A stretch of DNA of 60,694 nt, the filler included, from Circinaria calcarea (lineage: Eukaryota): the NCBI GenBank assembly GCA_051942165.1. It is 5 parts of 5 records of this genome, joined end to end, with 100 filler letters (N's around TTAATTAATTAA, not from the genome) between each part and the next. Parts side by side here need not be neighbours in the genome. Positions count along the whole stretch, not along the records: positions 48,667 to 60,694 come from JAVECS010000616.1; 4 more parts are not named here. One strand, 5' to 3'. Position 1 is the stretch's first letter, and each line of letters starts with the position of its first letter. Positions 54,119-60,694 of this stretch are shown in pieces. A program made the position numbers and the translations under genes. The notes below the pieces were generated by a model, which saw only the letters and a list, made by a program, of their open reading frames with translations, made no database searches and was not told the origin of the DNA.

Positions 54119-57106
54119 TCAAACCTCATCCAGCGAGATCTTTCGCGGCGGATGATCATGTATCTGCAACCTATCCATTCCGTACGTCTGCCGCGGAAGC
54201 CTCGGTCTCTTACTAATTCTGATACCAGGGGTATAGCGCCGCAGGATGTATATGCACTGCTTGAGCGCAAAGGAAGCGTGGGTACGTGTCGAGATGCTGA
54301 AGCGGACGTTGAGTTGCTCGAGGGTTAGGCCTTTGGTCTCAGGGACGAATCTGGAGGTAGGTAGTCTTAGCTCGATTCTTACAAGGGATCCCCCCTTATA
54401 CATAAGACTAGAATTACTATAGGGTTAGCACTTACAGGAGTATCATAAACCACCCAACGACGTTCCATGCGGCGTAAAACCCGAAGATACCTGTAGGCGT
54501 CATAGCTTTGCTTTGTCGAGGGAATGAAATGGCTACTATAAAGTTAAGAAACCAATTTACCGCGGTCACTATCGCCATGCCTAGATAATTGTTTTAGCCA
54601 CGTCGCCATAGCATCAAACAGGAGACCAAGGCTTTGTATTTGATAGAGAGAAAGCACTCAACTAACCCAAATCCCGGACATAAAGAGGCATACTTTCTGC
54701 AGCATAGACCTAAGGAAAGCTTAGTGTTTCGTCGTGGTACACGCCAACGGTACGAGCTCATACGAATGGTACCGGACCCGCCCCAGGACTATAAGCAACA
54801 GCAAACAAATCTATCTCCCGTTAGAGATGACCACTAAGTCAATGGATTAACTGCCTCTTAGTCAACTTACACATCCCAACCAGTACTAAAGTGGTTTGTG
54901 CAGTGCCAGGTTTGAACAGAAACGCTAGTCCGGTCAAGAATTGGAATAGTGCCAGAAATGGAAATGTAAGGAGGAGTAGATTTCGACGACCGAACGTATC
55001 GATTTTAAAGACAGCCGGGATCGCGAAAAGCCAGTTTATGATCGCGAACCCCATGGATGCCTAGTCAAAGTCATCTAAGCTATGAAGGGTGGTGCAGCTC
55101 GCGGACGGTGGATACTTACTAGCAGGGCTGGAGTTATACGATACTTTGCGGTATCAAAGATGGTAGTAGAGTACTATTTGACTGTAAGCTATATGGCGGA
55201 TAAATTATCAAGCGTTGAAACGATTTGCAAGTGCTTTTCAGGACCATAGAGACTCAGCAAACCTACATAAACGAAGATATTGACTCCACAGAACTGCTGG
55301 AGAAACATGACAATAACGCTTGCGAATAAGGCTCTTCGATTGCGAGGCACGGAAAAGAGCTCCACAAATCGATGACGTTCCTGTCCTATCTCATGTTTGC
55401 CTTTGAGAAGATGATGTATAAGGAAAAGGTCTCTGGTGGCCTGGAGTTCGGAGTGACGGAGTCTGCGGAGCGAGTCAAATGCCTCCTTGTACTTTCGCTT
55501 ATCTCCACAACGAGCTTTGTGTAAGAGCCACCTGAAAGTAAGATTAAAATGAGCGGAATTAATCTACCCAAAGGCGAAGGGCACAGAACCCACCGGGGAG
55601 ATTCTGGGAGTGTATAGATATAGGCGGCTACCACTAGCGGAAGAACCATCTAATTGTACATTAACTGATAGTCCATGGTCTTGGACCCCTGCGCAATGAT
55701 TGCGAAGCTTTCTCTGATGAGCTCCTAAGTGGCTGTGAACTCACCGGACTCGCCAATGTCAGCCTCCAATTTAGACTCTGAAGAAACCCCAAAATAGTGT
55801 TAGCAATCTGAAGCTTCATCTAGAAGGCGAGAAGTCCCGGGCAAATTCTGATTATATAAACATACTTACACATGAAATACTCAACAAGATGTCTTTCGGA
55901 GTGCTATAACGATCGCACGCAGGGCTAGTGCCTTGGAGCACGGATTTAAATATAACTCCCGAGATTGCACCGCACATAATTCCGAAGGCGACCCACATCT
56001 GCCACATCATCACGAAGGCGCCCTACGCCAGATTAATAAGATGATGTTCGAATAATTTCAAGATAAAGGTCAACGTAGGGGTGGCGAGTCTTCATGGTCA
56101 ACGCCAAGTGATATATTTGTATAAAAGGAAACAATTTGCAGTTTGCACATACGGTCTGAAGACATCATTATTATAGATTTGTAAAACTTACTCGGATGTT
56201 GGCCGGAGTCGACTCTGCGGCATATACAGGAATGGTGGCACTCTTAGCTCCTATCCCCAAGCCTAAATATATCATAAGCCGAGCCAGACAAGTCATGTAT
56301 TCTCGAACTTACCTAGACAGAATCTTGCCAATAGTAAATTCCACCAAGACCCTGCCAGGGCCTGCCATAGACAGGTTAAACTGGAAAGTAAACAGGTGAT
56401 AAATATAGTGCCCCTCCTTCCAAAATAATAGTTGAGGGGGTGATTCAACCTGACCTGTCAACTTCTTTCGATTGAAATTCAGCGATGAGATTCGAGTGAA
56501 TGTACTTACCAGCAACCAAGGACGGCACAACAGAGGTACGGTGCCGCGCTCACAAGGCCTTCCAATCCAGGCCGGTTTTCGATGCCAATTGCAAACTTGT
56601 AGAATATTTGTGCTAGAGTCGTAAGCTACACTAGTTCTTTCTACCAATATTTGGATATGTGTGTACAAGCTTACCTCCATTAGCCGCAATCTTCGGAAAC
56701 AAAATCTGTCAGCCGGACGATTCCCATGAAAATATGATGCAAAAGGGCGTACTTCATCCCAACCCTGAACAGCTGCGCCCAATGAACAACAGGCAATTAA
56801 TGCGTAGAGGGTGAATGGTTGATTCCACTTATCGTTGGCCTCTCGGTTCATCGCCATCCTCTCTCCTGGGTCCAGCCTTAGTCCATCATCTCGTGGACTT
56901 GCGAAGGCGTGATGGTCTTGTGCCAGGAATGCGCCTTTGGTAATGACTTCGTGGTAGCTCGAATCGATCCCTGTCTCCTCCATGAATTCATTAACAAATT
57001 GAACCATATCGACATGGCATTTTCCTAAGAAGGGGTTGACCAAAACTGAGTCAATATTCTTTCCAGATATTGACTCAAAGTACTCTTGTTCTGGCTTGGT
57101 CAACAT
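54119..57106 (-). CDS. MFS sugar porter (myo-inositol/sugar transporter-like), many introns
   Basis: KWNQPFTLYALIACCSLGAAVQGWDE, FGRRGTIF, GIGAKSATIPVYAAESTPANIR, WQMWVAFGI, PESPR|W, FLQQFCGVNI, IDTFGRRNLLL, GPVPF, FVPETKGLTLEQL. Confidence 0.88.
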
Positions 57107-57738
57107 GATGAGAGCTTTTAGCCGCAAGCTAGGAAAATGTTGCAATGAGGATGGTTGAAGTTTTTAAGATGTATCGGAACGGTATACCAAGACAGATGGA
57201 AAAATGTCTACTGAGATAAGTTTCAAAGGACGAAGTAGAGCTCCCCTTTCTAACGAATTTCTCAGCCTCGTCGAAAACCCAGCCTTATTCTTGCAGCTAG
57301 CCTCCATGGAACTTGAGATGATAGATGCGGCTCCAGTCATGGAGACTGCTGCCTGTGCCTTATCATACTACCAGTAGAAAACAGGACGGGGACACCACCA
57401 GGCCAGCCAAAAGGCAAGCGCTAATGGGATTTGAACGCAATCCTGGTGGTATTCCCCGCCCGAACACTGTAAAGTGCCATACGCGCTTTCACCGGTCAGC
57501 ACGAACAGGCATTATCTATCAGGCATTCTGCATTTGCAGAACCCCCTCAGTCTGATACAGGGCCACGGTCCTGCGTAAGGTGTGCTTCGATCACAGTCAC
57601 TCAGCTCGCTCTGGAGTGTTTTTCCAGCTCAGCCGTGTCTGCCTCGTTTCCCTCATCCTATCGTGGCGACCTGTTCCTTTCAGGCCTTTCAGGGATGTTG
57701 TTGTTGTGAGTAGATGTTACTGATGATCAACGCCGCGA

Positions 57739-58196
57739 GTAGTCCGGCAGTCCGGACTGGACTCTGGACTGCAGTCTAGGCACTGATTTTAGTATAAATT
57801 AGGTACAGGGAGAATACTATGGTAGGGAGTTTTCGGAATTTTAATTTCCCGGCTACGCTAAGCTCTAGATCAGGCTTAATTAGGCTCTTTTTTAACGTCA
57901 TGTCGTGTAATTTATCGAACCAGCACACCAAAAAGCTCGCGATCATAAAATACTACTATTTGCGCTGTAATTACTCCCGAGCTCCCAAATATAGAAGACT
58001 TCTATACTACTAAGGAGGAGCGGAGGAATACAGCACTACGAAGAAGCGACGGAATACGAGACATATTATAGGCATTATGATTAGCAAGAGGGGGCATCAA
58101 ACACACAGTATATCCGTCATTTGGAGCCCACTACGCTATATCTCTATAAGTCTTGGTAGTCCAGTCCAGGGGCCAGACTGGACGGTCGGGACTGCA
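57739..58196. mobile_element. Probable degenerate MITE/DNA-transposon relic bounded by CAGTCC/GGACTG repeat clusters
   Basis: AGTCCGGCAGTCCGGACTGGACTCTGGACTGCAGTC on the left and AGTCCAGTCCAGGGGCCAGACTGGACGGTCGGGACTGCAG on the right flank a TpA-rich core. Confidence 0.5.
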
Positions 58197-58537
58197 GGCG
58201 GCGCTGCCGAAGGTCCGAGGCTAAGAATCCATCTCGCCTTAACGAGTGGAATATCCGTTTCATCTGGTGTATCACACAGTACGCGCTGGGCCCGGATCAC
58301 CGATGCGTGATCTTGATGCTGCCAAAATGCAGATCTAGGGTTACGATGTCGATCGTTGAAGCTGGAGGCTCCACGCCCGTGAGATGCCTCGAAAGCCTTA
58401 AACGCCTTGTACAGGCTGCAGCCTCGTCCGATATTTGGAAGGAGTTAAATATACGACAAGTATGCCACCCGTATACAAACTGCAATGCATAATACTGCTA
58501 TACCACCTATGAAAAGTTGGATAGCGCTGATTCCGAT

Positions 58538-60694
58538 ATGAGCTTCTCACCTATTGGGGATGTGCTAGCCCTCGCCAACCTGGCTTGCAAACTGTACAAC
58601 AAAGGCTATCTTGTCATTCGAGATGCTCCCTCCGAGTTTCGCTCCCTTCTCCGTCAACTTGCAATTTCTAGGCGCTTGATTTGCCACGTAGGTAGCAAGG
58701 TCGATCAGCATGAAGCATCTCTCAGCGGCGAGGTACTCGCAAGGTGTTTCCAGACGCTTGATGAGTTCGAAGTCCTCCTGGCAAAATATGAGAAGCTAGG
58801 TAGCTCTCTCTGATGTATTGCAATGGATTCAGAAGAACTCAACTAATCGAGTGGCCGGCGTTCAAGCGCTCACTGACCGTAATCATTGGCTACGGCGCGC
58901 CCAATGGGCAACACAGCAAAACACGATTTCCGCTTGTCGGCAAAAGGTCAACGCCGATCAAACTCAGCTTATGCTTGCCTTGTATTCAGAGAGAGGATAC
59001 GTACCCGAATCCCAGAGAATCCTGAACGATAATAGATTACAGGAATGGATGGCCGAACGTTTGACCCCGGATACTTCAACCCTAGTAGCATCTGTCTCTC
59101 CTCACCCTCATCAGACCAGGCCCTCAGTCTCAACGGCTATTTCGACTAGTTCTACTGGAAGAAGGCCATCTCCTCCTCCGTTAGTGGAAGCTAGCGAGAC
59201 GAGCTCGGCGAAAGGCCTAAGTCGCCAACGTATGATGGCCGCAGTCGATGTGGAGGAGTTCCTCCGTCGACGAAGGACCCCAAAAATCCATAAGGTGCAG
59301 ACACTCCAAGCAAAGCATGATAAATCAACAATAGCTTTGAGCTCCAGAATCTTGCAAGCTTTTCACGATAGCCTGGGGCAAGCAAACAATGAGATGAAAA
59401 CAGTTTCTACTGACGTCGAAGTGTGGATAACAATAGCGACCTGGTGGCTACTAAAAGTGACCCTTGCTGTATGAACATCTATCATCTCATGCAGTAACTA
59501 ATTCTTCTCAATAGTCCCGCAAGGTATGGCATGTCCTATCACAGATTCATCATCCCCAAGAGGAGCCAGTCGTGATCGGAGGTCCAGAATTTCAGAGTCC
59601 TTGGAGGACTACTCTATCTGCTGAGCAAGCATGCATAGACCTCCTCAAGAGCCATTTGGATCTTCGAAGAAGTGGTCCTGGAAAAGGCTCAACTTGAATT
59701 GCTTGATAACCGTGTTATGAAGTTGGTTCGAGATCTCTCAATGGTAAGCTAATTGTTGTCAAACTCCAATTCGGCTACAGTTATCCCCAATCACCCATTA
59801 TGTTTGTCCTGTACACGACTCAAAGATTCAACGAAGTAGCTTCCTCTACCCGAAAGTCTTGAATAAGTGTTTTGATGTACTCTAGAGGTATGAAGGGGTT
59901 TTCTACAGATGCTATACAGTCTGCCTTGGAGGAAGCAACATCTCTGCTCCTTTTCAATCCTGCTAATTCAGCGGAGATGGAAGGTTGGATATCCCTTCAG
60001 CTGGCAGAGCGGTACCTCGAGCCTTGCAAACCCAGTCTCATCAGTCAGATATTGTTGGCATTATCGTCCGATTAACTGTTTGGGATGGCACGGACTTTTG
60101 CACAGACCAAGGTGCCAGCGTGCCAGCTTAAGGGGTACTGGGAACACTTTGTATTTTGAATTTGGCTGATTAGTCCGTCTTTTGTTAGGCTTTAAAAATG
60201 GATTTGAATCAAGAACGGACTCGTTCCCTCATTACGTCGATTGAAAACGATCAAACCATACTTGGTCAGGATCTGCACTTTCTGGAAAGCTTTCACCAAC
60301 CGATTGAAGCGCAGAGTAGCGCCATTCTACCTCCAGCGGGCGATACAACTGGCTTTCCCAAAGCAATCCAAGAGATTCTGGGACATCCACCTACCATCAC
60401 CATCAATGAAGTACTTGACTCGTCAACGGATCTTGACGAATTCTCCTTGGCAATGGAGGGTGTCATGAGTACTCCATCTGTAGACGACTTCCTTGAGGCG
60501 CAGCGGTGGTTTGCGATCGACAATGCCGACTGTGGGTTCAACCATGAGAAAGTCCTGTTTCGGACTTTTGTAAATGCACAGATTGGCAGCAAGGACGAAA
60601 GATTAAAGACGCAAGATGCACCATATATGCTAATTCTCTGGACGAGACAAGGCGAAAGTGAAATCTTTATCTCCCTCTGCAACCAGCGGAATAC
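58538..60694 (+). CDS. Hypothetical protein with HeLo-like/SesA-type fungal N-terminal domain; apparent +1 frameshift at ~59650; 3' truncated
   Basis: MSFSPIGDVLALANLACKLYNKGYLVIRDAPSEFRSLLRQL...CFQTLDEFEVLLAKYEKL|...WLRRAQWA. Introns 58800-58866, 59457-59514 and 59744-60188. The last exon is open to the window end (RWFAIDNADCG...KVLFRTFVNAQIG...APYMLILWTRQGESE). Confidence 0.7.

Overview
Eukaryotic DNA from a filamentous ascomycete (Pezizomycotina), based on short GT-AG introns with CTAAC/CTGAC branch sites and typical fungal orthologues. The window is not one locus. It is five unrelated ~12 kb contigs joined by artificial 100-nt spacers (N44-TTAATTAATTAA-N44) at 12076, 24249, 36409 and 48567, apparently in decreasing length order. 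Contig 1: cytochrome b5 tail, HSE1, STE20, SCP160/vigilin. Contig 2: BET5, TIF6, a coiled-coil hypothetical gene with a GC-AG intron, a CaMKK, a HAL/SAT4 kinase, RVS161. Contig 3: DJ-1/PfpI, HLJ1-type DnaJ, AIM19-like, SH3-RasGEF. Contig 4: an AYR1-like 3' end, a ~10 kb island of stop-riddled (probably RIP-mutated) unidentified gene relics, PNG1. Contig 5: PEBP-like N-terminus, a long-TIR MITE, phospholipase B, an MFS sugar/inositol transporter, a second MITE-like relic, and a frameshifted gene with a HeLo/SesA-like N-terminus. No CRISPR, rRNA or tRNA was seen, and I cannot demonstrate a new biological system. The best leads are the decayed island in contig 4 and the HeLo-like gene. Family assignments come from motif recognition, not database searches.
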